Shown here piece after piece: positions 38,356-47,211 of a DNA stretch of 64,000 bases. Position 1 is the first letter of the stretch; every line of letters begins with the position of its first letter. The position numbers were made by a program, and so were the translations under genes. This DNA comes from an uncultured Eubacteriales bacterium. Lineage in GTDB: Bacteria; Bacillota; Clostridia; Saccharofermentanales; UBA5734. The notes under the pieces are model-generated. The model saw only the letters and a list, made by a program, of their open reading frames with translations. It ran no database searches and was not told the DNA's origin. The stretch is from positions 48,621-112,620 of the forward strand of contig CAILLO010000077.1 in assembly GCA_903835065.1 (NCBI GenBank), given 5' to 3'.

Positions 38356-38432
38356 GGTCGAGGTGACACGATTCGAACGTGCGACGTCCTGGTCCCAAAC
38401 CAGGTGCTCTACCGGACTGAGCCACACCTCGG
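38356..38432 (-). tRNA. tRNA-Pro (anticodon UGG)
   Basis: 77-nt cloverleaf on the minus strand. Acceptor CGAGGTG/CACCTCG, D arm GGCTCAGTCCGGTAGAGC, anticodon stem-loop CCTGG-TTTGGGA-CCAGG, T arm GTTCGAATC. The 3' CCA is encoded. Confidence 0.93.
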
Positions 38433-38447
38433 CGTTCGCAAGGCCCA

Positions 38448-38477
38448 TGATAGCACCGCGGTCGCCGGGATGGCAAT
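38448..38477 (-). promoter_or_regulatory. Candidate promoter of tRNA-Pro
   Basis: Minus strand: TTGCCA (38477-38472), 18-nt spacer, TATCAT (38453-38448), 15 nt before the mature 5' end. Confidence 0.5.
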
Positions 38478-38490
38478 GCCGGAGGGGTCG

Positions 38491-38523
38491 GACGCCGCGT
38501 CCTCGAGGGAATCGCGGCGTCCG
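38491..38523 (-). terminator. GC-rich hairpin after the rubrerythrin gene
   Basis: GGACGCCGCG ... CGCGGCGTCC 10-bp perfect stem with a 13-nt loop, 9 nt after the stop. No U tract. Confidence 0.4.
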
Positions 38524-38531
38524 GGCCGGCC

Positions 38532-39125
38532 CTAGTAATTCGGCCTGAAGAGCTCGAAGTAGGCCTGAGGGTGGTGGCAGACCGGGCATTCGGCCGGCGG
38601 GGCGGCGGCGACGGTCACGTAGCCGCAGTTGCGGCAGCGCCATTCGACGACTTCGGGGCGGTGGAACACGAGACCGTCGGCGACGTTCTTCGCGAGCGCG
38701 TTGTAGCGCGCCTCGTGGCCGGTCTCGACCTTGGCGACCAGACGGAAGGTGGCGGCGACTTCGGGGTAGCCCTCCTCCTCGGCGACCATGGCGAAGGTCG
38801 GGTAGAGTACGGCCCATTCCTCTTTCTCGCCGGCCGCGGCCGCGCGCAGGTTGTCCAGCGTCGTGCCGAGGGCGACGGGATACGTCGCGATGATGTCGAC
38901 GGTCGTCGGGAGTTCGTCCGCGAGGCCGGCGGCGAGGTGATGGAAGAAGAGTTTGGCGTGCTCCTTCTCGTTGTCCGCGGTGTCGGCGAAGATTCCCTGG
39001 ATCTGCATGAAGCCTTCCTTGTTCGCGGCGGAGGCATAGAAGGTGTAGCGGTTGCGGGCCTGCGACTCTCCTGCGAAGGCTTTCAGCAGATTCTCGGCGG
39101 TCCTGGATCCCTTGAGGCTCTTCAT
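38532..39125 (-). CDS. rbr: Rubrerythrin
   Basis: Start at MKSLKGSRTAENLLKAFAGESQARNRY. Di-iron ferritin-like domain with EKEH motifs, plus a C-terminal rubredoxin-like CRNCG...CPVC. Confidence 0.93.
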   Translation of the reverse strand: MKSLKGSRTAENLLKAFAGESQARNRYTFYASAANKEGFMQIQGIFADTADNEKEHAKLFFHHLAAGLADELPTTVDIIATYPVALGTTLDNLRAAAAGEKEEWAVLYPTFAMVAEEEGYPEVAATFRLVAKVETGHEARYNALAKNVADGLVFHRPEVVEWRCRNCGYVTVAAAPPAECPVCHHPQAYFELFRPNY

Positions 39126-39178
39126 GGCGGTCGTCCCTCCCTTTCCTGGCCGGGGACGGATTCCCCGGACGTCACGTC

Positions 39179-39195
39179 TACGATTATACATCGTA
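39179..39195 (-). promoter_or_regulatory. Inverted repeat overlapping the rubrerythrin -10 box
   Basis: TACGAT-GTATA-ATCGTA (minus strand). The TATAAT box is at 39188-39183, and a G9/C9 homopolymer follows at 39197-39205. Confidence 0.35.
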
Positions 39196-39236
39196 AGGGG
39201 GGGGGCGGAGCGGAACGGCGGGACCGGACGGAGGCG

Positions 39237-39950
39237 CTACTCGTCGCGCGTGCCCAGACCGCTGCCCGAGATCGGGAACTTCGGGCCGAGGAAGGTCGGC
39301 AGGCTGTGCAGGACCTCGCAGTCGAGGAAGGCCTTGAAACGGGCGGGAATCTCGCGGACCTCGTACCAGGCGTCCTTGCCGTAGAGGCGGTAGGCCGTGT
39401 CGACGCCGTCGGCCGAAAGGCCCAGGCGGTCGGCGATGTACAGGGCGCGCAGCAAGTGGAAGCGCTGCGTGCAGATCAGGACGGAGCGGACGTCGAAGAC
39501 CTCGCGCGCGCGATACAGCGAGTCGTATGTGTCGAAGCCGGCGTGGTCGAGGAAGATGGCCTCCGGCGGGACGCCCGCCTTCTCGAGGTAGATCCGCATC
39601 GCGTTGACTTCGTCGTAGTCCGCCCTCCCGTGGTCGCCGCTCACCAGGATGCGGTCCGACAGGCCGGCCCGGTAGGCGGCGAGCGCGCCGTCCAGGCGGT
39701 CCTTCAGCATCGGACTGGGCGTGTCGCCGTAGACCAGCGCGCCGAGGACGAGGATGCAGTCGTACGTCTTCCCCTCCGGTTCGCGGATCATCGTCTTGCC
39801 GACGCGGACGACGCGCAGGTCGACGAGGAGCAGGACCGCGAGGCCGAGCACGGTGAAGACGCCCAGCATCAGGGCGATCGTCCAGAGCGTCCTGCGGTGC
39901 TGGCGGAGATGGCGGCGGGCGAGCCGCCGTTCGTGCGCGTCGTGGGCCAT
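39237..39950 (-). CDS. sanA: SanA/YdcF (DUF218) family protein
   Basis: N-terminal TM, then DCILVLGALVYGDTPSPMLKDRL...ILVSGDHG...YDEVNAM...TQRFHLLRALYIA. I prefer the start MAHDA (39950, GGAGGG RBS). An alternative ATG at 39971 overlaps the upstream stop. Confidence 0.8.
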   Translation of the reverse strand: MAHDAHERRLARRHLRQHRRTLWTIALMLGVFTVLGLAVLLLVDLRVVRVGKTMIREPEGKTYDCILVLGALVYGDTPSPMLKDRLDGALAAYRAGLSDRILVSGDHGRADYDEVNAMRIYLEKAGVPPEAIFLDHAGFDTYDSLYRAREVFDVRSVLICTQRFHLLRALYIADRLGLSADGVDTAYRLYGKDAWYEVREIPARFKAFLDCEVLHSLPTFLGPKFPISGSGLGTRDE

Positions 39951-39967
39951 GGGCGAAGTCCCTCCGT

Positions 39968-40804
39968 TCAAGGGGTCGGGCCGGGCTCGTCCGGTGAGGC
40001 GGCGGATGCCGCGGGCGGAGCGGCGGGCGGCTGCGGGACGGAACGGGGAGGGAGCTGGCCGGCGAAGAGGTTCCAGGGCGGGCGGGCGTCGGGGGGCGGA
40101 ACCTGGAACACGAGGCGCTCGGGTCGCGTGGGAGCGTCGAAGCCGAGGCGGAAGGACCAGAGCGCGATGTCCTGCTCGTCGTCGTCGGGCCGGCCGTACC
40201 TGCGGTCGCCGACGATCGGGAGGCCCGCGTCCGCGAGCTGCACGCGGATCTGGTGGCCGCGGCCCGTCCCGAGGGAGATCTCGAGGAGAGAAAGCGTCCG
40301 CGTCGACGCCGTCGCGCCGAGCACGCGGTAGGACAGCGAAGCGTCGCGGGCCGCGCGGTCCCCTTCGCCCCGCTCGCCGTCCGGTCCGTCGCCGGCGTCG
40401 TCGTCCCGGTCGACGCGTCGCACGACGTTGGTCGCGGAATCCTTCACGAGCCGCGCGGTCAGGACGCCGGCGTCCTGGATCGGGCGCCCGTGCACGACGG
40501 CGAGGTAGCGCTTCTCGAACGCGTGTCCGCGGATCTGCTCGGACAAGCGGGACGCTCCCTTCGATGTGCGGCCGAAGACCATGAGACCGCCGACCGGGCG
40601 GTCGAGCCGGTGCACGAGACCGAGAAAGACGTCGCCGGGCTTGGCATGGCGCTCCCGGATATCGGCCTTGAGCAGGGCGAGCATGTCCGGCGCGGGGGAG
40701 CCGTCGGGCTGCGACAGCACGCCGGGCGGCTTCACGGCGACGATCACGTGGTTGTCCTCGTAGACGACGTCGGGACGTCCCGGCGCGCCGTCGGCCGGGG
40801 TCAC
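39968..40804 (-). CDS. RluA-family pseudouridine synthase
   Basis: GTG at 40804 forms a GTGA overlap with the upstream stop and gives VTPADGAPGRPDVVYEDNHVIVAVKPPGV. Shows the catalytic HRLDRPVGGLMVF and GRGHQIR motifs. Confidence 0.85.
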   Translation of the reverse strand: MTPADGAPGRPDVVYEDNHVIVAVKPPGVLSQPDGSPAPDMLALLKADIRERHAKPGDVFLGLVHRLDRPVGGLMVFGRTSKGASRLSEQIRGHAFEKRYLAVVHGRPIQDAGVLTARLVKDSATNVVRRVDRDDDAGDGPDGERGEGDRAARDASLSYRVLGATASTRTLSLLEISLGTGRGHQIRVQLADAGLPIVGDRRYGRPDDDEQDIALWSFRLGFDAPTRPERLVFQVPPPDARPPWNLFAGQLPPRSVPQPPAAPPAASAASPDEPGPTP

Positions 40805-41697
40805 GGCGTCCACCACCCGGAGGCGCCGCAGGGCAGCACGATCGGGCGCAGCGAGGCGGGCAGCCCGATTTCGTCGGCCTCGGCGTGCCCGCCGCGGCCG
40901 GTTCCGACGGCGAGGCCGAGGATCGCGGCGATCACGGAGGGCGACAGCCCCGTCGTGTAGGAATTGATCAGGAAGAAGGAGGGCGTGTCGGAAAGCAGGT
41001 GCGCGCACTGCGCGACGAGCGCATATAGGGCGTCCTCGAGTTTCCACAGTTCGCCCGACGGGCCGCGCCCGTAGGAAGGGGGATCCATGATGATGCCGTC
41101 GTAGCGGCGACCGCGCCGGATCTCGCGCTCGACGAACTTGCCGGCGTCGTCGGCGAGGAGCCGGACGGGGCGGTCGACGCACCCGGACAGCGCCAGGTTC
41201 TCCTTGGCGCGCTGGTTCATCCCCTTGGACGCGTCGACGTGCACGACCTCGGTCGCGCCGGCCTTCGCGCAGGCGGCGGTCGCGCCGCCCGTGTAGGCGA
41301 ACAGGTTGAGGATCCGCGACGGCCGTCCCGCGGCGTTCGCCTCGGCGATGCGCGCGGCGCAGGACTCCCAGTTCACGGCCTGCTCGGGGAAGAGGCCCGT
41401 GTGCTTGAATCCGCTCGGTTCGATGCGGAAGGCCAGGTCCCCCTGGGGCAGCGGATACGAGACCGTCCACGAGGCGGGAAGATCGCGGTGGCGCTCCCAG
41501 GAGCCGCCTCCGGTCTCGCTCCGGTGGTAGGTCGCGTGCGGCGTGCTCCAAGCGCGCGCCGCGGCGGGGTCGTCGCCCGCAGGCCAGATCGCCTGGGGGT
41601 CGGGGCGGCGCAGGACCACGCTTCCCCAGCGCTCGAGCTTCTCGCCGCCGCCGGCGTCGAGCAACTCGTAGTCGGTCCAGCGGTCCGCGCGGCGCAC
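40801..41697 (-). CDS. Class I SAM-dependent RNA methyltransferase (RlmI/RlmK-like, PF10672-type)
   Basis: GTG at 41697 (GGGAGGA RBS 6 nt upstream). Shows LNLFAYTGGATAACAKAGA and IIMDPPSYGRG motifs. Confidence 0.8.
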   Translation of the reverse strand: MRRADRWTDYELLDAGGGEKLERWGSVVLRRPDPQAIWPAGDDPAAARAWSTPHATYHRSETGGGSWERHRDLPASWTVSYPLPQGDLAFRIEPSGFKHTGLFPEQAVNWESCAARIAEANAAGRPSRILNLFAYTGGATAACAKAGATEVVHVDASKGMNQRAKENLALSGCVDRPVRLLADDAGKFVEREIRRGRRYDGIIMDPPSYGRGPSGELWKLEDALYALVAQCAHLLSDTPSFFLINSYTTGLSPSVIAAILGLAVGTGRGGHAEADEIGLPASLRPIVLPCGASGWWTP

Positions 41698-41699
41698 CG

Positions 41700-42719
41700 T
41701 CAGGTCCTCCCGAAGCCGTCGGGGTTCCGCGACTGCCAACGCCAGGCGTCGGCGCACATCTCCGCGAGGCCCCGCCCGGCGGTCCAGCCCAGCAGCGCGC
41801 GCGCCTTCGACGGGTCCGCGTAGCACGTCGCGATATCGCCCGGACGACGTTCGACGACCCGGTAGGGAATCTTCTTCCCGCAGGCCGCCTCGAAGGCGTG
41901 CACGATCTGCAGCACGCTGTAGCCGGTGCCGGTCCCGAGGTTGACCGCCTCGGCGCCCGTGTGCGACATGGCGTAGTCCACCGCGCGGCAGTGTCCCGCC
42001 GCGAGGTCCATCACGTGCAGGTAGTCGCGCACGCCGGTGCCGTCGGGCGTCGGATAGTCGTCGCCGTAGATGCGGAGCTCGGGGATCCTTCCGATCGCCA
42101 CCTGCGACACGAAGGGCAGCAGGTTGTTCGGGATCCCGTTCGGGTCCTCGCCGATGCGGCCGCTCGGGTGCGCGCCGATCGGGTTGAAGTAGCGGAGCAG
42201 GACGATCGACCACGTCGGGTCGGCGACGGAGAGGTCCCGCAGGATCTCCTCGATCATCCACTTGGTGCGCCCGTAGGGGTTCGTCGCGCCGAGGCGGTCG
42301 GTCTCGCGGAGCGGCACGCGCTCGGGGACGCCGTACACGGTCGCGGAGGAACTGAACACCAGCCTCTTCACGCCGTGCGACCGCATGACGCGGCAGAGGG
42401 CGAGGGTGCTGCCGAGGTTGACCCGGTAGTATTCGAGGGGCTTCTCGACGGACTCTCCGACGGCCTTGAGACCGGCGAAATGGATCACGGCGTCGATCCG
42501 GGGTCCCTGGAAGATCCGCTCCAGCGCCGCGTCGTCGCACGCGTCGGCCCGGTGGAACTCGACCGTCCGGCCCGCGATCTCCTGGACGCGCGCGAGCGCT
42601 TCCGGCTTGCTGTTGGAGAAATCGTCGACGACGACGACGTCATGCCCTTCGGCCAGCAGCTCCACGCAGGTGTGGCTGCCGATGTAGCCCGCTCCGCCCG
42701 TCACCAGGATCCTCGCCAT
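41700..42719 (-). CDS. galE: UDP-glucose 4-epimerase
   Basis: Start at [16 protein letters not shown]. Shows the YGRTK catalytic motif. 339 aa. Confidence 0.95.
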   Translation of the reverse strand: MARILVTGGAGYIGSHTCVELLAEGHDVVVVDDFSNSKPEALARVQEIAGRTVEFHRADACDDAALERIFQGPRIDAVIHFAGLKAVGESVEKPLEYYRVNLGSTLALCRVMRSHGVKRLVFSSSATVYGVPERVPLRETDRLGATNPYGRTKWMIEEILRDLSVADPTWSIVLLRYFNPIGAHPSGRIGEDPNGIPNNLLPFVSQVAIGRIPELRIYGDDYPTPDGTGVRDYLHVMDLAAGHCRAVDYAMSHTGAEAVNLGTGTGYSVLQIVHAFEAACGKKIPYRVVERRPGDIATCYADPSKARALLGWTAGRGLAEMCADAWRWQSRNPDGFGRT

Positions 42720-42767
42720 GTCCGCCGCCTCCCCTTCTTCGACCGCCACGCTTCGTCCGACAAGGCG

Positions 42768-43766
42768 TCATGCGCCCCAGGCGCCGCCCGGCAGGCCTTT
42801 GGACGCCCGGAACCGCGCGCACGCCGCCCGCAGTTCCACGGCCTTCTCCTCGGGCGCGGTCGGATTGCAGTGCGCCCATGCGCCGGTCTCGCTCGACGCG
42901 TTGAATTTCTGCTTCACCGCCGACCGCATCGGCGGGAAGAACTCGATGTGGAAGTGCCAGTCCGGATCGCCGCCCGGCGTGTTCACGGGCGGGTTGTGCA
43001 TGCACATCATATAGGGAAACGGGATTCCGAACAAGGCGTCGAGCGTCCCGGACGCCGTCAGCACGGCGTCGGCGAGGGCGTCCGCCTCGTCGGGCGAGAG
43101 CTCGGCGATGGACCGGACGTGGCGTTTCGCGGAGATGAAGATTCCATAGGGGTACTCGCAGAAGAAGGGCAGATAGATCCGGAAGCCCGCGTTCTCGTAG
43201 ACCATCCGCAGACCCGCCTTCTCTTCCTCGGCATCCATGTCGCACACGAGACAGCGCCCGGTCTCCGCGCGGTGTAGGGCCATCGACTCCGTCTCCAGTT
43301 CGAGCTTCTTCGGCACGAACGGGTAGCCGTAGATCTGGCCGTGCGGATGCGGCATCGTGACGCCGACGACCTCCCCGCGGTTCTCGAAGAGGAACACGTA
43401 CCGGATCCTCGCGTCGGCGGACAGCGCCTCGTAGCGGGCCCGCCACAGTCCGACGAGCTTGCGGACATGCGCCGGCGGCAGTTCGGGCAGCGTCGTGCGG
43501 TGCTCGGGAGAATAGAGGATCACCTCGCACTTGCCATAGGAGGGCGCGGTGCGGAAGAAGTCCGTCGCGACGTCGTCGGGTTCGGGCGGTTCCGGCGACA
43601 GGGCCGGATAATCGTTGTCGTACTCCATGACGTCATAGGTCGCCGGCACCTTCCCGGATCCCGGGCAGAAAGGGCAGTAGTCCTTCGGCATCTGAGGCCG
43701 GTCCTGGCGGTGCGACGCGATCATCACCCAGTCGCGGATCAGGGGGTGGTAGCGGAGTTCGGCCAT
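42768..43766 (-). CDS. galT: Galactose-1-phosphate uridylyltransferase (HIT-superfamily GalT)
   Basis: 332 aa. CPFCPG zinc site and HPHGQIY active-site motif. AGGAGG RBS. Confidence 0.9.
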   Translation of the reverse strand: MAELRYHPLIRDWVMIASHRQDRPQMPKDYCPFCPGSGKVPATYDVMEYDNDYPALSPEPPEPDDVATDFFRTAPSYGKCEVILYSPEHRTTLPELPPAHVRKLVGLWRARYEALSADARIRYVFLFENRGEVVGVTMPHPHGQIYGYPFVPKKLELETESMALHRAETGRCLVCDMDAEEEKAGLRMVYENAGFRIYLPFFCEYPYGIFISAKRHVRSIAELSPDEADALADAVLTASGTLDALFGIPFPYMMCMHNPPVNTPGGDPDWHFHIEFFPPMRSAVKQKFNASSETGAWAHCNPTAPEEKAVELRAACARFRASKGLPGGAWGA

Positions 43767-43900
43767 GTCGGGTTCCTCCTGCGGTTCTCGGGTTCCTTGC
43801 TGTCTCCATCGTACCCCCGCCCACTCCGACGGAGTAGCGTCCGTTGATGATTCGAACCGGCGCTTTGTTGTATACTGGATAGGTCCAGGCAGGCCATCCC

Positions 43901-44860
43901 ATGGCAGTTGGCAACCGGAAAGGGCTCTCCATGCTCACGAAATGGGTATTCCCGGACCCCGGAAACACGGATCTCAACATGTACCGATGTGGTATCGAGG
44001 ATTGCGAACCGGGCCACTCCTGGGGGCCGGGCGTCCGCGACCACTATCTCGTGCACGTCGTGCTCGGAGGTTTTGGAGAATTCCGATGCGGCGGCCAACT
44101 CCACCGGCTCGGCCGGGGCGACGCGTTCCTGATCGCCCCCGGCGAGGTGGTCGAGTACCGGGCCGACGTCGCCGACCCCTGGAGCTACGCCTGGGTAGGT
44201 TTCCACGGACTGAAGGCGGAGGGTCTCCTGCGCGAGGCGGGCGTCTCGGTGCGCCAGCCCGTCTTTCGTCCGGACGACGACGGTCGCCTCGAGGCGCTCG
44301 TGCGCGAGATGCTTTCGGCCGCCGACTGGAAGCGCGGCCGCGACCCGCAGCTGCTCGGTCTGCTGTACCAGTTTCTGGCCGTTCTGGCGCGTCGCCCCGG
44401 CGTCGTCCGGGAGGACCCGCAGGGCCGGCGGCAGGAGGAGTACCTGCAGCGCGCGCTCGACGACATCGCGACGAACTTCGCGGGCCCGCTCACGGTCGCC
44501 GGCCTCGCCCGGCGGGCGGGACTCGACCGGACGTACCTCTATTCCCTCTTCATGGACCACCTCGGCGTCTCCCCCAAGGACTACCTGGTCCGCTTCCGGG
44601 TCGACCAGGCCTGCTCGCTGCTGCGGACGCCGCTTTCCGTCGCGGAGGTCGCGCGGTCCGTCGGGTACGACGACCCGCAGGGATTCGCCCGCGTCTTCCG
44701 GCGCATCCGGGGCACGCCGCCCGGCGCCTGGCGGCGGTCTCTGACGGAGGAAGGTCCCGCGAGCGGGGCGGCCACCCCGTCCGGGACACGGAGGATACGG
44801 TCTTCGGCCTCCGCATCTGGTATCATGACGGGAACGAGGGAGGAGTCTTGCGACCGATGA
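43901..44860 (+). CDS. AraC-family transcriptional regulator (cupin sensor + HTH)
   Basis: Cupin-like N-terminus (HYLVHVVLGGFGEF) and an AraC HTH (VARSVGYDDPQGFARVFRR). The start could instead be the ATG at 43931 (MLTKW). Confidence 0.85.
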   Translation: MAVGNRKGLSMLTKWVFPDPGNTDLNMYRCGIEDCEPGHSWGPGVRDHYLVHVVLGGFGEFRCGGQLHRLGRGDAFLIAPGEVVEYRADVADPWSYAWVGFHGLKAEGLLREAGVSVRQPVFRPDDDGRLEALVREMLSAADWKRGRDPQLLGLLYQFLAVLARRPGVVREDPQGRRQEEYLQRALDDIATNFAGPLTVAGLARRAGLDRTYLYSLFMDHLGVSPKDYLVRFRVDQACSLLRTPLSVAEVARSVGYDDPQGFARVFRRIRGTPPGAWRRSLTEEGPASGAATPSGTRRIRSSASASGIMTGTREESCDR

Positions 44861-46245
44861 GCACCCATCGCACCGCCCGCATCCTGGAATCCCTTCAGCC
44901 CGGTCCGTTCCACCCCCTGCGCGTCCGCGCGGCCCGGGCCGCCTTCGTCCCGCTGCTCGCAGGTCTTCTCGCCGCCTCCCTGCTCCTCCCTGCGACCGCC
45001 GCGCTCGCCGAGGACGCCGCCTCGCCGTCGCCCGCCCCGACCGAGCCCCCCTATTCGACGACCCTGCCGATCTCCGTCGACGCGAAGTCGGTGCTAGTCG
45101 TCGACCTGCTCCGCGGCGTCCGTCTCTTCGAGAAGGACTCGTCCACGCCCGTCGACCTGCCCGTCCTGAACAAGGCGGTGACCGCCTATATCGCCCTCGA
45201 CGAGTTCCCGTCCGGCACGATGGTCACGATCAGCAAGGTCGCGTCCGACGAGGACGCCGGAAAGCTCGGGCTCAAGACGGGCGAGAAGGTGCCGCTCGAA
45301 TACCTGGTTCTCGGCCTGCTGCTGCAGAACTCGGACGCGGCCGCGGTCGCCCTCGCCGAACAGGTGTCGGGCGAGGAGAAGAGCTTCCTCGACCGGATGA
45401 ACCAGCTCGCGGCCGAACTCGGCATGGCGGACACGGCCTTCCTGGATGCGTCCGGCGCACCGGTCGAAGGCCAGAAGACGACCCTGGACGATGCGGCGAA
45501 GTTCTTCCGCAAGGCGCTCGGCCAGTCGTCCTTCGCCCGGATCTTCCAGATGCGCGACACGTTCTACATGATGCCGGACAAGACGAGCCGGCATCTCACG
45601 AGCCGTCTCGACGCGGCCTGGTCCTTCGTCGACACGCTGACGGGAGGCGTCCGGAGCGACACGGACGGCCGCGCGTCCGTGGCCTGCACGGCTACGGGCA
45701 AGGGATTCTCCCTCCTGTGCCTGGTGGCGGATTCGCCGAACGTCCGCGTTGTCGGCGACGTCCAGAAGACCGTCGAAGGCTGCTTTTCGGCCTACGAGTC
45801 CGCGACCCTCGTGGTCGCCGGACAGCGGTACGGCGAGTCGGAAACGGTCGACGGCGTCACCTTCCCGATCGTCTTCAACCAGACGGTGACCTATGTGCGA
45901 CCCATCGGGACCGACGTTCTGGCTGACGTCCACTACGAGTCGCTGGGCCGGACCTCGCTGCCGGTCCTGAAGACCCAGACGGTGGGCAAGGCGGTCTACG
46001 CGCTGACCGACGGGACGACGATCGCGGTCGATCTGTTCCCGGAGAACGATGTCTGGAACCCGTCCTCCCCGTTCGACCAGGTCCGGCGGCTGTACGAGAC
46101 GTATCCCGACCTGTTCTCGATCGTCCTGCTGCTGCTGGGCGCGATGGCGCTGATCGTGCTCGGGCGGGTCGCGGAGCTGGCCGTGAAGTCCGGGCGCCGC
46201 AGGTCGGTTCAGCGCGCGAGCGCGGGGCGGATGCGCCGGAGATAG
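44857..46245 (+). CDS. Peptidase S11 (PBP5/D-Ala-D-Ala carboxypeptidase)-like protein with degenerate catalytic motifs and C-terminal TM anchor
   Basis: Start at MSTHRTARIL (ATGA overlap with the araC stop), with a signal peptide. Hand alignment to E. coli PBP5: SLTK becomes VLNK, SGN becomes NSD, KTG becomes LTG. The surrounding blocks (VTAYIAL, DAAAVALAE) are conserved. Confidence 0.8.
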   Translation: MSTHRTARILESLQPGPFHPLRVRAARAAFVPLLAGLLAASLLLPATAALAEDAASPSPAPTEPPYSTTLPISVDAKSVLVVDLLRGVRLFEKDSSTPVDLPVLNKAVTAYIALDEFPSGTMVTISKVASDEDAGKLGLKTGEKVPLEYLVLGLLLQNSDAAAVALAEQVSGEEKSFLDRMNQLAAELGMADTAFLDASGAPVEGQKTTLDDAAKFFRKALGQSSFARIFQMRDTFYMMPDKTSRHLTSRLDAAWSFVDTLTGGVRSDTDGRASVACTATGKGFSLLCLVADSPNVRVVGDVQKTVEGCFSAYESATLVVAGQRYGESETVDGVTFPIVFNQTVTYVRPIGTDVLADVHYESLGRTSLPVLKTQTVGKAVYALTDGTTIAVDLFPENDVWNPSSPFDQVRRLYETYPDLFSIVLLLLGAMALIVLGRVAELAVKSGRRRSVQRASAGRMRRR

Positions 46246-46778
46246 AAAGAGATCATGAGACTCAGCGCGATTTCGTAGACCGCGAACACGACCTGCGCGG
46301 CCGCGAGCACGAGCAGGACCACGGGCGCGCCGCTCCAGAGGCGGCCCGACCAGAGGTCGAGATACGCGGTCGTCCCGAATGTGCCCGACAGCGGTCCGAG
46401 GACCAGCAGTCCGACCGGAACGAAGACCAGGTCGAAGGCCAGGAACTTGAGCAGCCAGGCCGGCATCGGGCGCATCCCCTTCCGGCCTTCGATCCACGCC
46501 TTCGCGAGCGGATACGGCCCGAAGAAGACGACGAAGGCGAGCGAGGTCTGGAAGCCCGGGAAGACGAGCGAGAGGACCGAGGCGGCGAGCCACGCCAGGG
46601 CGGCCGTCCGGACGCCCTTCTCGATCACGACGGCGGCGACGGCCAGCGATGTCAGCGAAAGGAAGACGAGGTCCGCCGTAGGCAGCAGCCGCACGGCGGA
46701 GAGGAAGAGCAGGCACAAGGCGGCCGCGATGCCGCCGAAGGCTACGGAGGAGGCCTTCCCGGGCACTCTAGCAGCCAC
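46209..46778 (-). CDS. Hypothetical polytopic membrane protein
   Basis: 189 aa with several hydrophobic segments. Its ATG lies inside the last codons of the J-domain gene (11-nt overlap). The 3' end overlaps the convergent PBP-like gene by 37 nt. Confidence 0.6.
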   Translation of the reverse strand: MAARVPGKASSVAFGGIAAALCLLFLSAVRLLPTADLVFLSLTSLAVAAVVIEKGVRTAALAWLAASVLSLVFPGFQTSLAFVVFFGPYPLAKAWIEGRKGMRPMPAWLLKFLAFDLVFVPVGLLVLGPLSGTFGTTAYLDLWSGRLWSGAPVVLLVLAAAQVVFAVYEIALSLMISFYLRRIRPALAR

Positions 46779-47193
46779 ATCCCATGCAGTTGCAGAGGGT
46801 GTCGGCGCAGCACATGCAACTCATCGCCTGGCAGCAGTCGTCCTGCGTGTTGCCGTTCCGGTAGTAAGGGCCTTGCTGGCCCTGCTGGCCGTAGGGGTTC
46901 GCGTTGAAGGGACCGCGGGCGTAGGGGTTCTGTCCCTGTCCATAGGGGTTCTGGGCCTGCTGGCCGTAAGGGTTCTGTGCCTGCGGTCCGCCCTGCGCGT
47001 TTGCATTGCCCGAGGTCAGCGCGTCGTAGGCCTCGTTGACCTCCTGCATCTTCTCCTTGGCCAGGCCTTCGAGCGGGTGGTCCTTGTAGTTGTCGGGGTG
47101 GTATTGCTTCACGAGGGTGCGGTAGGCCTTCTTGATCTCGGCCTCGGTCGCTCCGGGCTTCACGCCCAGCACCTCGTACGGGTTCTTCGTCAC
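46768..47193 (-). CDS. J-domain protein with Q/N/P/Y/G repeats and C-terminal cysteine string
   Basis: GTG start. NPYEVLGV...YHPD J domain, QNPYGQ repeats, and the tail DDCCQAMSCMCCADTLCNCMGCGC (9 Cys). Confidence 0.85.
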   Translation of the reverse strand: MTKNPYEVLGVKPGATEAEIKKAYRTLVKQYHPDNYKDHPLEGLAKEKMQEVNEAYDALTSGNANAQGGPQAQNPYGQQAQNPYGQGQNPYARGPFNANPYGQQGQQGPYYRNGNTQDDCCQAMSCMCCADTLCNCMGCGC

Positions 47194-47211
47194 TTCGGGT
47201 TCCGTCCTTTC

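Noticed and set aside
38242-38531. tRNA-Pro as a possible integration hotspot for a mobile element.
   Set aside because: No integrase, no duplicated tRNA 3' segment and no compositional break nearby. The flanks hold only a promoter and terminator hairpins, followed by ordinary chromosomal genes.
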